Shown piece after piece: positions 27,530-40,445 of a stretch of 64,000 nt of DNA (its first letter is position 1; each line of letters opens with the position of its first letter). Location: the NCBI GenBank assembly GCA_964016885.1, contig OZ024757.1, positions 35,898,001 to 35,962,000 of the forward strand. Reading direction: 5' to 3'. Under the pieces are notes generated by a model. It was not told where the DNA came from. It saw only the letters and a list, made by a program, of their open reading frames with translations, and ran no database searches. The position numbers and the translations under genes are program-made. The stretch comes from Eledone cirrhosa. Lineage: Eukaryota.

Positions 27530-27996
27530 AATAATATTCACTATATCCTCAGTTGCTTTCATTACTCACTTAATGAGAAAAGATTTGAATGTATAACTGT
27601 ACAAAGCTGTTCTCAACTTGGGTAGATAGAAACTTTGGAAGCCCATCAGATGCATGTGCCAGTCTGGTCATACACTGTGTCACACTGAATCTCCCTGAGA
27701 ATTACACTAATTTCTTGAACACCTGGAACACCCCTCATTGAAACTGGCAGAAGTCCATTCAAATATATACTTACATATAGTATGTATGCATGTGTGTGTG
27801 GGTATGTATGTATATATATGTGTGTGTGTGTGTTAATGGTATAAAACAGAAAGAATAGAATTCAAATATATTTAAAAATTTACAAAAAGAAACTGTTTAA
27901 ATCTATTTCAACAGTAAAGCGAATCTTTCCTTTTCAATTTAAGCCAGAAAATATATTCATTTAAATATTTTTAAAAAATGTCTTTCTATAAAAAAA

Positions 27997-28040
<44 letters not shown>

Positions 28041-28165
28041 TTTAAAATGTATTTTGTCATTTACTACTGGTTATCGTGATCTTTGTTACTGGCTGAATCC
28101 CCAACCCTGACCTTCGTTATTTTGGTCTTTTACCATTCTATTGCTCTCCTTTTTCTCAATTGTAG

Positions 28166-28240
28166 AGGGTTCTCTCCCCCTGATACGAGATCTCTCCCTG
28201 TTGAACATGACTATTACAACACATTGGAAGATCTTGCAAC
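28166..28240 (+). CDS. VAV: Vav exon 4a (acidic region, Y142-equivalent): (R)GFSPPDTRSLPVEHDYYNTLEDLA(T)
   Basis: ttttctcaattgtag acceptor, AC|gtaagt donor, 75 nt, phase 2-2, no stops. F-x-P...D-Y-x-x-L pattern of the first Ac exon. Confidence 0.8.
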
Positions 28241-29423
28241 GTAAGTGCCATGATGCAGTCCTTGGGGTGACACTCCAAAAAACTGCTTGATTAAAAAAAC
28301 CCCACTCTCACTCACTCTTAAACAGGTTCAAGGATCAATGTAACCCACCCTCAAGTCTCTTCCTAAACCACCCATCTTTCCATCCATCTTCAGCTTAACT
28401 TTATGCCATCTGTGTTTCCAATATATTATTAAAATAATATATTTGGGAGCAGTTTTATTATTTTATAAATATCTTTTTCGCTTTTTGCTTTTGCTAACTG
28501 TAGTAGTAGTAGTAGTAGAGCTAATAGTAGTAGTAGTTGTGGTTTGTGAATGTGTTGGAGGAGCTGGTGACGTCAGACATCACATGATGTGTGCAAGTTT
28601 TTTGTGGGCAATAACCACACTGGAGCAGAGAAAGAAGAAAAGAAGTTGTCAAACTGTGACTACTGTTACCATTGCTGACAGACAGACAGACTGACTGACA
28701 CTCATTGACTGTTGTCGTTAAACTATTTTTCTATGCATGTTATTTTGTCTGTGTGTGTATGTATATATACATATTGAAAGTGGACGTTAAATGATAATAT
28801 GTGTATATGTATATACATATATATGTGTGTGTATATATATATATTCAAAATAGCGGTGACACAGGACAAAGACAACGAAAAAAAGCAATGGAAAGATGGA
28901 CAATCCCATCTCCTCAGTCAACCTCTGGTAATCACTACAGTTTTGGTGCATTAAGGTTGATACTATTCATTCCAGTGCACATTGGGACATAATAGAACAG
29001 GTAGAGACAAGTTATACCTTTTGGCAGTGTGTGTGTGTCTGTTTGGTTAAGTTGTGAAGCACTGAGAAATTTGAAAATAAAGTGACCACAATACAGATAA
29101 ACTATAAATAATGGTTGAAAAAATTCAATTATAGGAAAAAGTTAAAGGTTCTTTATCTGATTTATTTATAGTTATTAACTATTATTATCATTATCTGCAG
29201 TGTGGCAACTATATTTTCACATTTCACACACAACACATATATTCTTAATAGTTTAACTAATTTCTATTGGTGTGTTTATGTCTGCTGATTGTCTAACATT
29301 TATTGGTACATTTGCCTGTAAGAGAATGTGTGTGTGTCGGCATAATGCAAGCATGTACATAATCTAACCCAATAATACTGAACCTCACTACTAAAATCTT
29401 ATTAACTGTCACATTATTATTAA

Positions 29424-29790
29424 GGGTTGGATGCTATGCTTTGCAGCATAGTTAAGGCCTTTTACGGTCTGAGTTCAAATCTCGCCAAGGTTAACTTTGC
29501 TTTTTATCCTTACTGGGTTGATAAAATAAAGTACCAGTAATGCACTGGGGTAATTGCTGGCCTTGTGTCAAAAGTAGAAATGTTATTATTGATAAGGTGA
29601 TGTATTGACAGTTGCAGTAGAGTGTTGGACAAGATGCTTTGTAACATTTACTTATGGCCCTTTATGTTCCGAGTTCAAATCCGGCATGTCTGCTTTTCAT
29701 CCATCCAGCAGGTCAGTAAAATAAAGTACCAGTAATGCACTGGGATAATTGCTGGCCTTGTGCCAAAAGTAGAAACAATTATTATTATTA
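29424..29790 (+). mobile_element. SINE family A, two tandem copies
   Basis: Family A core and (TTA)n tails. Confidence 0.8.
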
Positions 29791-29964
29791 TTAGGTGAAG
29801 TGGTATAATCTGTTCAATATCCAATACGGTATCAATGAGCAACTAAGATCTCTGTATAAGTTTTATTAATGGCTGCCATTTCTAAAACTACTTTCTCTTT
29901 TGTTGGCATCATATCACTTCTTTTGATAGCTACAGATAGCTTCCTTCATCTAGCTGGATATTTA

Positions 29965-30830
29965 CCAATACCACCATCACTACCATCAACACCACCACCA
30001 CCACCACCACCAACACCACCACAACAACAACAACCAACTCCACCATCACAACCACCAACACCATCATCACCATCACAACCACCACCGCAACCAATACCAC
30101 CACCGCCAACACCACCATCACAACCACCACCACCAACACAACCACCATTACCATCAACTCCATCAATACCACCAACACCACCACAACAACAACCAACTCC
30201 ACCATCACAACCACCACCGCAACCAATACCACCACCACCACCACAACCAACGCGACCACCAACACCACCATCACAACCAGTACCACAACTAACGCTGCCT
30301 CAACCAACACAACCACCACCACCACCACCACCATCACAACCAACACCACCATCACAACCAGCACCAACTCCACCACCAACGCCAATACCACGACCACCAT
30401 CACAACCAACACCACCACGACCACAACCAACACCACCACTATTATGACCATTTTGCTCCCCTTCTCAGGTCCACCCAAAACACACTCTCACACTCCCTAC
30501 CTAACCCCCCTAACTCACTCTCCCTACCTACCCTCTCTCACTCTACCTAACACCCCCTCTCACTCTACCTAACCCCCCTCTCTCACTCTACCTACCCCTC
30601 TCTCACCCTACCTACCCTTCTCATTTTACCTACCCCCCCCCTAATTCACTCTACCTACCCCTCTCTCTCTCTACCTACTCCTCTCTCATTTTACCTACCC
30701 CCTATCTCACTCTACCTACCCCCTTTCTCACTCTCTACCTACCACTCTCTCACACTCCCTACCTACCCTATCTCTCACTCTCCCTACCCCCCCCCCTCTC
30801 TCACTCTCTCTACCTAGCTTCACTCTCACT
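29965..30830. repeat. (ACC)n-type and CT-rich low-complexity repeats
   Basis: Direct inspection. Confidence 0.9.
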
Positions 30831-31050
30831 CTTACTAATTCTACTCAGCAAAGTGAGGAATTCTCTTAGATCAACTCTGCTGCATTCAGAAACCATTTTT
30901 ATCACTAAACTGTCCTCTCATACATCACACTGCATCTCTTATCTTCTTTATCAGAGTGAGGGAGAATTTTGGTTGTGTGTTGAATATAATCTTTATTGAT
31001 AAGCACTTTACCCCATAACATAGACACAGTAAATAAAATCTGTCCACGAT

Positions 31051-31370
31051 GGAGGCACATGGTTTAGTGGTTAGAGCATTGGGCTTGCAATTGAAAGGTT
31101 TTGAGTTCAATTCTCAGACCGGGTGATGTGTTGTTTCCTTGAGCAAGACACTTTATTTCACATTGCTCCAGTTTACTCAGCTGTAGAAATGAGATGAGAG
31201 GGACTGGGGTCCATATCATTCCACTGTAAAGTGGTTGTGGAGGTGCCACGGCAAAAAAGCACCCAGCACTCACTGGAAGGGCATCCAGCTGTAGAAATCA
31301 AGCCAGAATCAGTTCCCGTCCCACCTTTGCAAGCATGAAAAAGCGGACGTAAAATGAAATGAATGAAATG
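31051..31370 (+). mobile_element. SINE family B
   Basis: Near-identical to the 14364 copy, with a short internal deletion. Confidence 0.88.
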
Positions 31371-31773
31371 ATGTATGTAAAAGGTAAACAGAAATAACAA
31401 TAGAATCGGTACAGTATATGGAAAGGATATATTAGGTTAACGCTTGATATAGCAGGAAGAGGGTGTTAACGTTTCGGACGCTAGTCCTTCATCAGAAGAA
31501 AGAATGAGAAATTAGATAGATTGAGGGGATGAAGGTTAGAGAGATAGTGAGAAATATATTAAGGAAGGATCAACTCCAGTACTTGAATGGTACTTTTTTT
31601 ATCAACCTTGGAAGGAAAAGTTGAGCTCAGTAGGATTTGTACTGAGAAAGCAGAGAGCCAGAACAAATACCGCAAGGCATTCTCATCTGATGTGCTAATG
31701 ATGTCTGCCAATTTGCTACATATTTATATATATATATGTCTATGTGTGTTTATATATATAAACACACACACAG

Positions 31774-31855
<82 letters not shown>

Positions 31856-33409
31856 TTCCCTTGACTTTCTGGCAAATTGAGAGATCTGTGTATAAGTGCA
31901 GAGAAAAAAAGAAATGAAATAAAAATAGGTAGAAAAAATGATAAAAAAGTGAGAAAGTGAGAGATGATGGAGCGCGGTGGGGGTTATGGGGGGAATGCTA
32001 ATTATATTGGCAACTGATGTATCTCTAAATATTGCAGGCAAGCCTCCAACTGTACCTTATGAATTCTAATAGAATTAGATGTGAACTGCTCTGCCAATGT
32101 TGTGTGGCCTAGTGGTAAGTGTGTTGAACTTAGGAACATAATGTCGTGGGTTTGATTTTGGGGTTGTGTGTTGTGTTCTTGAGCAAGACACTTCATTTCA
32201 CGTTGCTCTTGTGGTGTGTTGGACTTACAATCATAATACCGTGGGTTTGATTCATGTTGCCCCAGTATACTCAGCTGAAAAGGAGTACCAGCAATAGCTG
32301 GAGGTTTAACCCTGCGACTGGCATCTTGTCCAGAGGGAAAGTCTTGTACTCTCAGTCACTTCCCACAACACCGGGATAAGTCCTGCCTGATTAGCCTCCA
32401 GGTTCGAGACAGACTTTAGATTTTTCAGCCAATGGTGATACAAGCTTTAATAAGCCAATACTACAATTGCTACTAACACCTCGTTAACTCTTTTGATTCC
32501 AAACCACCTGAAGCCATCTTGTTTCTATAACACTGTTTGATTTGATGTTTCTTGTTTTCTTAAAAACTTTGCATCATAATTCTATTTAAGAGCCTTTAAT
32601 TTATGTTCCAAACACCAATTTAATGTAAATCACTCCAAATTCATCTCCAATCTGTTACTGGTACTTTATTTAATCAACCCCCATGATGAGGCAAAGCTAA
32701 CTTCGGTGGGATTTGAATCCAGAACGTAAAGGGCTGTAAAGGAATAGTAATGATGATAATAATTGTTTTTACATTTGACACAAGAAGAAGAAACGGGAAT
32801 GTTGACTAAATCGGTCCCAGTGCATTACTGGTACTTTATTTTATCAACAGGATTTGAACTGAGAATGCATAGTGCTGTAAGTATATGCTGCACAGCATGT
32901 TGTCCGATGTTCTACCGACACTCCCAATCCACTGCTGCAATAACAACAATGGTTTCTTTGTTAACCACAAAGGGTTCGCATAAAAAAACCCATAGAGTGT
33001 GTGTTGGTGTGTGGACTTTGCATGTAACAAATTTTTAAAATGTTAAAAAAAAAAAGATAATAAAACTAAAACAAAGGAGCTTCCTCAATAGGGAGGAGAC
33101 GTTGAGTCATTCGTGGAAATAAAACCACAGATGCTCTGATGTTTAGGGTAAGTGCCCTGTCCCAGTGGTACTCCTACAATTTACAGGCTCACACTCAGAG
33201 CGGGCCCATTCACTCAGGTCATACTTGCTTCTCTCACCCATCTTTCAACAAATTACTTTGAAGGCAGCACTTCTCCCTCTACCCCGATTTTCCTCCTCAA
33301 GTGGAACCTGAAAAAGTTAATCAAGGCTTCTCCAAAGAATGAACTGCTCGTTCAAACCTTTCAAGCATGTCCACCATACAACCTCTTTTACCATGGCCAC
33401 AAGGCATAT

Positions 33410-35240
33410 AAAAAAAATAACAGTAATAGTAATAATAACAGTAATATTAACATTAATAGTAATAATAATAGTAATAGTAACAGTAATAATAATAACAGTA
33501 ATAGTAACAACAGTAATAGTAATAATAGTAGTAATAACAGTAATAACAACAGTAATAATAACAGTAGTAATAATAATAATAACAACAGTAATAACAACAG
33601 TAGCAATAACAATAGTAATAACAGTAGTAGTAATAGTAATAACAGCAGTAATAATAGTAGTAATAACAGCAGTAATAACAGTAGTAGTAATAGTAATAAC
33701 AGTAGTAATAACAGTAGTAGTAATAGTAATAACAGCAGTAATAACAGTAGTAGTAATAGTAATAACAGCAGTAATGATAGTAGTAATAACTAATATGTTA
33801 GCAAGACAGAAATCAAGCTTCATTCCTCTTTCAGTGTTTTGCTTCATGATTCTTAGTTGAAAGACTTTGATACAATATTGATACCAATACAGTACCAGTA
33901 CTGATACTAACATACCAATACAGTACCAGTACTGATACTGATATACCAATACAGTACCAGTACTGATACTGATATACCAATACAGTACCAGTACTGATAC
34001 TAACATACCAATACAGTACCAGTACTGATACTAACACAATATTGATACCAATACAGTACTAATACAGTACTAACATACTAATACAATATTGATATTGATA
34101 CTGATACAATACCAATACTAATACAATACAGTACCAATACTAATACTAATACAGTACCAATACTAATACAAATACAATACAGTACCAATACTAATACAGT
34201 ACCAATACTAATACAATACAGTACCAATACTAATACAATACTAATACAATACAGTACCAATACTAATACTAATACAGTACCAATACTAATACAATACAAA
34301 TACAATACAGTACCAATACTAATACAATACAATACAATACTAATACAATACAGTACCAATACTAATACAATACAATACAGTACCAATACTAATATAATAC
34401 AATACAGTACCAATACTAATACAATACAATACAGTACCAATACTAAAACAATGCAATATTAATAATAATGTAACAAAAATATATGAACCAATCAGAACAC
34501 TTGCTTTATTCTGACCTCGATGAACATTGAACTTTCTGACTTGACAGTTCTTGTGTGTGTATATCTGTTGTGTGTATATCTATGTTGTGTATATATCTGT
34601 TGTGTGTGTTGTGTGTATATATCTATGTTGTGTGTGTTGTGTGTATATATCTATGTTGTGTGTGTTGTGTGTATATATCTGTCGTGTGTGTTGTGTGTAT
34701 ATATCTGTTGTGTGTATATCTGTTGTATGTGGTGTGTGTATATCTATGTTGTGTGTATATCTGTTGTGTGTATATCTATGTTGTGTGTGTTGTGTGTATC
34801 TATGTTGTGTGTGTATCTATGTTGTATGTATATATGTTGTGTGTGTATCTATGTTGTATGTATATATGTTGTGTGTATATCTATGTTGTGTGTGTATATA
34901 TGTTGTGTGTATATCTATGTTGTGTGTGTATCTATGTTGTGTGTATATCTATGTTGTGTGTGTATCTATGTTGTGTGTATATCTATGTTGTGTGTGTATC
35001 TATGTTGTGTGTGTATCTATGTTGTGTGTGTATCTATGTTGTGTGTGTATCTATGTTGTGTGTATATCTATGTTGTGTGTGTATCTATGTTGTGTGTATA
35101 TCTATGTTGTGTGTGTATCTATGTTGTGTGTATATCTATGTTGTGTGTATATCTATGTGTGTATGCCTATATCTGTGTGTGTCTGGCTCTGTGTGTGTGT
35201 GTATGTCTGTATGTGTGTCTATATGCATATGTCTGTGTGT
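33410..35240. repeat. Compound satellite block: (AAT/AGT/AAC)n, (AATAC)n-type and tgtgtatatctatgt-type repeats
   Basis: Direct inspection; ends about 280 nt upstream of exon 4b. Confidence 0.9.
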
Positions 35241-35517
35241 GTGACTTCAAATATCAATAAGTTAGTAGATTCTACCCATAGTTGACAACAGTGTTGGTGT
35301 TTCATGTTGTTTGGTCTGAGAGCAATGGTTAGCAGTAGAAATAGTTGTGGAATGACAACTGACTCTCGAAATCAAAATGGTGGTGGTGACAACCACCATG
35401 ACAATAACCATCAAATGGTTATTAAGGGCCATTGATGGTGGGTCAATTTCTTTACCCAGATAAACTCGTGTTGTTGTGTTGTAGCTTAGCTTTTTTGTGT
35501 CCTTCATTTGCTTGTAG

Positions 35518-35595
35518 CGAGTTTCCACCGTTTGTAGAAACACAGGAATGTGGTGATGATGAAGACATCTACAGCAACCTTAAAGAGATGGCTTT
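35518..35595 (+). CDS. VAV: Vav exon 4b (paralogous acidic-region exon): EFPPFVETQECGDDEDIYSNLKEMA(F)
   Basis: ccttcatttgcttgtag acceptor, TT|gtaagt donor, 78 nt, phase 2-2. GDDEDIYSNL closely resembles VAV1 GDEDIY142SGL. Confidence 0.88.
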
Positions 35596-35779
35596 GTAAG
35601 TATTATTTGATCCTTCAATGTTGATCTTAAAAATGATGTCTCTAGGGATGGGACGTTGAGCCTTGAACCTGGCTTATCTATTCATTCATAACTCTTCTCT
35701 CTCTCTCTCTCTTTCTCCCCCTCTCTCTCACTCATTTATATATATTTATTTATCATATCAATGTCTTTATAAGAGTATA

Positions 35780-35834
<55 letters not shown>

Positions 35835-36228
35835 TTATTATATCAATGTCTTATAACAGTATATGTGTGTGTATATATATATATATTTATTTATTATATC
35901 AATGTCTTATAACAGTATATGTGTGTGTATATATATATATATATTTATTATATCAATGTCTTTATAACATTATGTTTGTATGTGTGTATATATATATATA
36001 TTTATTATATCAATGTCTTTATAACAGTATGTGTGTGTGTGTGTGTATATATTTATATATACATCCATAATAAACAAAAGACGGTTACTTTAATCCATCC
36101 CTGGATTAAAGTAAGTGTCTTCCGTTTAATATTAATATAATAAAACTCCCGTTAAACATATACTGTTGAGTGCTTCACATCTGTTATATATGTCAGCTGA
36201 TTCTAAACCAACTAACTCTTTTTCATTG

Positions 36229-36255
<27 letters not shown>

Positions 36256-36259
<4 letters not shown>

Positions 36260-36580
36260 CAATGATATTAATAAATGGAAACTATATTTATAAAACCATA
36301 TTTATTCTATTATATATATTTCAAGGGTACCAAAACTTTGGTACGCTCTCATCAGATAAAATATAAAGTTTGTTTTATAAATATTGACATATCCAGGAAT
36401 GAGATCTTAATGGCTCAAGTTTTTCCTGGATATGAACCGTTAAGATCTCCTTCCTGGATATGTCAATATTTATAAAACAAACTTTGTATTTTATCTGATG
36501 AGAGCGTACCAAAGTTTTGGTACCCTTGAAATATATATAATAGAATAAATATAGTTTCCATTTATTAATATCATTGATAT
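36256..36580. mobile_element. Near-perfect palindromic element (arms about 150 bp) with a hammerhead motif in each arm
   Basis: Arms are reverse complements apart from a few mismatches and one indel of about 14 nt; inserted in (TA)n. Confidence 0.85.
36487..36547 (+). ncRNA. Minimal type-I hammerhead ribozyme, sense to Vav (mirror copy on the minus strand at 36303-36363)
   Basis: TATTTTAT-CTGATGA-GAGCGTACCAA..TTGGTACCCTT-GAAA-tatata-TA-ATAGAATA: 8-bp stem I, 10 of 11 pairs in stem II, palindromic stem III, AUA cleavage triplet. Confidence 0.75.
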
Positions 36581-36697
36581 TATACTCCAGAAAACCTGTC
36601 GAGTGCTTTGAATCAGTTATAAATATAAATAGTTGTTGAATTACCAACAAATTAAATATCCCTTTGCTTATATATATATATATATATATATATATAC

Positions 36698-37003
36698 TGT
36701 TATACTTTGGGAGGGTCATGCTCCTAATAGAAACATATGCACCTGTTGGTATAATTACCCCATGGTATAATTACTCCATGGGGTATTTTCAGAACTGGAT
36801 GGCTGTTTAGTTGTTGATTGTCAAAGCTGTTTCGTCGCACTTTCTGTGACCTCCTCAGTTACCTTTGTTGTTACTTTGAGTTTCTCCTTTGTTCTCTCCT
36901 ACACCATCTTGTATTTGTGAGCTGTCACAAAGACAAGATGGTAAAAGACAGAACAAAGAAGAGATGTGTTTATATTAGCAGCATGACCCTCCCAAAGTAT
37001 AAC
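36698..37003. mobile_element. MITE with about 40-bp TIRs
   Basis: tgttatactttgggagggtcatgct... versus ...agcatgaccctcccaaagtataaca. Confidence 0.75.
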
Positions 37004-37040
37004 ATCGTTTCAACACAACAAAACAACAAATAGAAAGATG

Positions 37041-37135
<95 letters not shown>

Positions 37136-37176
37136 AACAGTGTTTTGTAGCTTGCTTGAAGCATTTTTGTACAGGG

Positions 37177-37543
37177 AACACAAATTTAAATAATTTTGAA
37201 AATCAAGCAATGCATTAGAGAGAAAATTAAATTGCGAAGATAACAAATGAATCTTACCTTAGCAAATTTAATGATCCCAAATATTTTTAGGTTTAAAAAC
37301 CCATTATCAAGGGAATATTCCTAGGTGAGACTTGAAGGATCATTCAAAGTTGGCTTGTTTGGAAAGCAGTTCCGAATGATCCCTTAAGTCTCTTTCAGGG
37401 TTACTCCCTTGATAATGGGTTTTTAAACCCGAAAATATTCGGGATCATTAAATTTGCTAAGGTAAGTTTCTTTTGTTATCTTAGCAATTTAATTTTCTTT
37501 CTAATGCATTGTTTGGTTTTCAAAATGATTTAAATTTGTGTTT
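37177..37543. mobile_element. Palindromic element (arms about 170 bp); one arm recurs at about 50305-50470 beside a Penelope RT remnant
   Basis: cttaccttagcaaatttaatgatccc...aaaaacccattatcaaggga and its reverse complement. Confidence 0.85.
37405..37444 (+). ncRNA. Hammerhead motif with U3-A8 variant core
   Basis: TCCC-TTGATAA-t-GGGTTT(tt)AAACCC-GAAA-atat-TC-GGGA. Confidence 0.6.
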
Positions 37544-37932
37544 CATATATATATATATATATATCTTTATATATTTTGTCTTTTTATTATATATTTATGT
37601 CTGTGTTAATATATGTATATATATATTTTCATCTGTGTTTATATATATATATATTCATATAATCATGTCTATATACATATATGTATATATTTATGAGAAA
37701 GTCAGAAGCTTCATTAAAGAAATGCACATTATTGTGCTTATGTCCAGTTTTTTTCCATTAAGGGGCTTATATGCCCTATTTAAATATATGCCCCTATTTA
37801 AATATGTGCCCTATTTATTTAGATATATGCCCTATCATTTAGACTATTTTTCTAAAGACCAAAAATTTGATGAAGCTTCATTCTCATAAATTTAAAATTC
37901 CACTTATCATTTCTAAATACATGTTTGTTTAT

Positions 37933-37968
<36 letters not shown>

Positions 37969-37989
37969 GTGTGTGTGTGTGTATGTGAG

Positions 37990-38020
<31 letters not shown>

Positions 38021-38530
38021 GCACACATTTATATAAATATATATATATATATATATACTCACACACACACACATACATACACACACACACAAATTTAAGG
38101 TATCAAAACACATCAATTATGAATAATATTTGTGCTTCTCTATAAAAAAGATTTGTGGACATTTGTCGAGAGCTATAATAATTCCAATTAATAGATATAT
38201 AGAGAGAGAAAGGAGCATGTATCTGATGAGAACACACAGTCTCTTGTATATATACAAAGCACTATATCAATGAACTTATGTACTTTAGATGGAAAAATTA
38301 TAATTCCTTACAGAGCTATTTCATGATTCAAATGACTATAGCTTAAAATCGATCTAAGCAATCATGGATCACCAACTATCAATTTGGGAGATGTGAATCA
38401 ATCATGAGAGGAATTAGTCAATTATATAAATTGAAAAAAATATATTCCTTGATATATATATGCTATTACAAACTACTGTCTGTTCTCATAACATATATGG
38501 ACCTTTCTCTATATATATATCTATTAATTT

Positions 38531-38561
<31 letters not shown>

Positions 38562-40357
38562 GTATATGTATGTACATATCTTCCTCAAATATATTTTTAA
38601 AACTTGCGTTTGCATTTCAAATATGTTTTAATACACAGTACTGAATCCAAAATGGCAAGACTCCCCTCCCTCCCTCCCTCTCTCTCTCTCTCTCTCTCCG
38701 CACACGTGTGTTTGTTAATTCAAATATTTATATTAGTTTTACTAGTGGACGGATCACAAAAATTTATTTTTAACCCGATGTTGTCAAAGTACTGTTTTTA
38801 GGTGTCTTGGTAATGTGGTATGTGGAACTGGACAATAAGTGTTAACATTTGAAATCTCTAAGTTTTCTCTAAGTTTTCCGAGATCTCTCTAGTAGTAACG
38901 ATACTATAAACATGTGAATTAACAAACCACGTGAAACTACATTCTCAGGGCATCCTTGAAAAGTATAAAACAACACTATGATTGTATCCCATTCAAAATT
39001 AAAGTCTTTTCTATAAAACTGCCAATATTCGCAACAATTTGTCCAGTGATACTATAAAATTTAGTATAAAACATTATAACTGAATCACATTAAATATTAG
39101 TTTTTAATCTAATACTGCAAATATTTACTATAATTTGTCCACCAGTAAAGGTGCTATAAACATTTGGATTAACAAACCATATTTTAAAATATTTTCTACT
39201 AAGTGGTTGTCAAAGAGATAAAGACAATTTCTCTTGTAAAAATTATAAAAAATGTTTTATAAGAGTTTCCAAAATTGCAGAGTTGTGTTGCTTTCTTGCC
39301 CATGTTTGGATTGTCACATTGTGTACTAATTAACCTGGTATTCTTGATTATATTGTTGTTGTTATTATTATTATTATTTGAAAGTTCCTTTGAGTTCTGC
39401 TTTCCAAATCATGCCGTCAACCTGACACCTGAGGTAGCTACATTTCATAATACACACATTTTATAATTGTCATACAAATGATGTGAAAGTAAATGTCTTT
39501 GTCAGGTATTTAAATTGATAATAGTGTCCTTATGAGGACAGATGTCAGTCAACACTATTTTCTGTATCTCTGCCTTACCAGGTAGTATCTGCTCCAAATA
39601 TGTTCTTCTTGTTGTTATGTTAACTAAATTTCATTTTTTATATCCCCTTTTTTTTTTCCATTGAAAGTTTCTTGTATACCCCCCCGCCTCCAACCTGATT
39701 CTTTGCTAATACTTCCTTCCATTGTTGTGTCACTGCTAATGGGAGAGGTGGGATCAACAGTAGAACACCACCCCATCCTCATCCACCCTGCCTTCACACC
39801 CAGCTTTATATGAGAAAGCAGCAGCAGAAAATTCCCCCCTCTGCCATCTAACCTTACAAGAGGCATCATCATCAACAACAGGGAAATCATATACTCCCTC
39901 TTCATCCCTCTCCTCCAAGCAGCAGCAGTAGCAGCATCTCTCTCAACCTATCACCTCAATATCCTTTCCTAATTTGTATTTTCTTTGACAGAACATTTTC
40001 TACAGCAGCAGTCTCTATTGAAGTCTCTCTCTCTCTCTCTTACTTCCCCTCTCACCCTCTTTCTCCCCCTCCTTTTCTTTCCCTCCATCTCTTTCTCTTC
40101 TCTCTCCTGACATTCTTTACAGGTGTTTATCAAGAACATAAGTGGTGATTATTTTCTTTGATGCAAGGGGCGTAGGAAAGACTTATAAAATCATTATTAA
40201 ACAACAAAACAAGGCTTTGAAAATTTTTTCAAATTAAAGAAAATATATTGTGTTCTACCTGACCATATTTTTTTTAAATACACGTACAAACAACAACAGA
40301 CACACACACACACATGCATGTGTGTGAAGTATGTATCTATCTATGTATGTGTGTGTG

Positions 40358-40398
<41 letters not shown>

Positions 40399-40445
40399 AA
40401 TAAGAGAGACGGTTTTATTCGTACATCTTCATTTTATTATCTAAT

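Noticed and set aside
28569-28576. CRE palindrome TGACGTCA downstream of exon 4a
   Set aside because: A single 8-mer in 64 kb is compatible with chance; no other promoter evidence.
29869-30447. 192-aa proline-rich ORF with a hydrophobic N-terminus
   Set aside because: The body is an (ACC)n-type repeat that is also open on the opposite strand; no domain or splice support.
21147-40125. Further Vav exon candidates after strong acceptors at about 21146, 29200 and 40122
   Set aside because: Early stops or no donor in the required phase, and no similarity to Ac-region exons.
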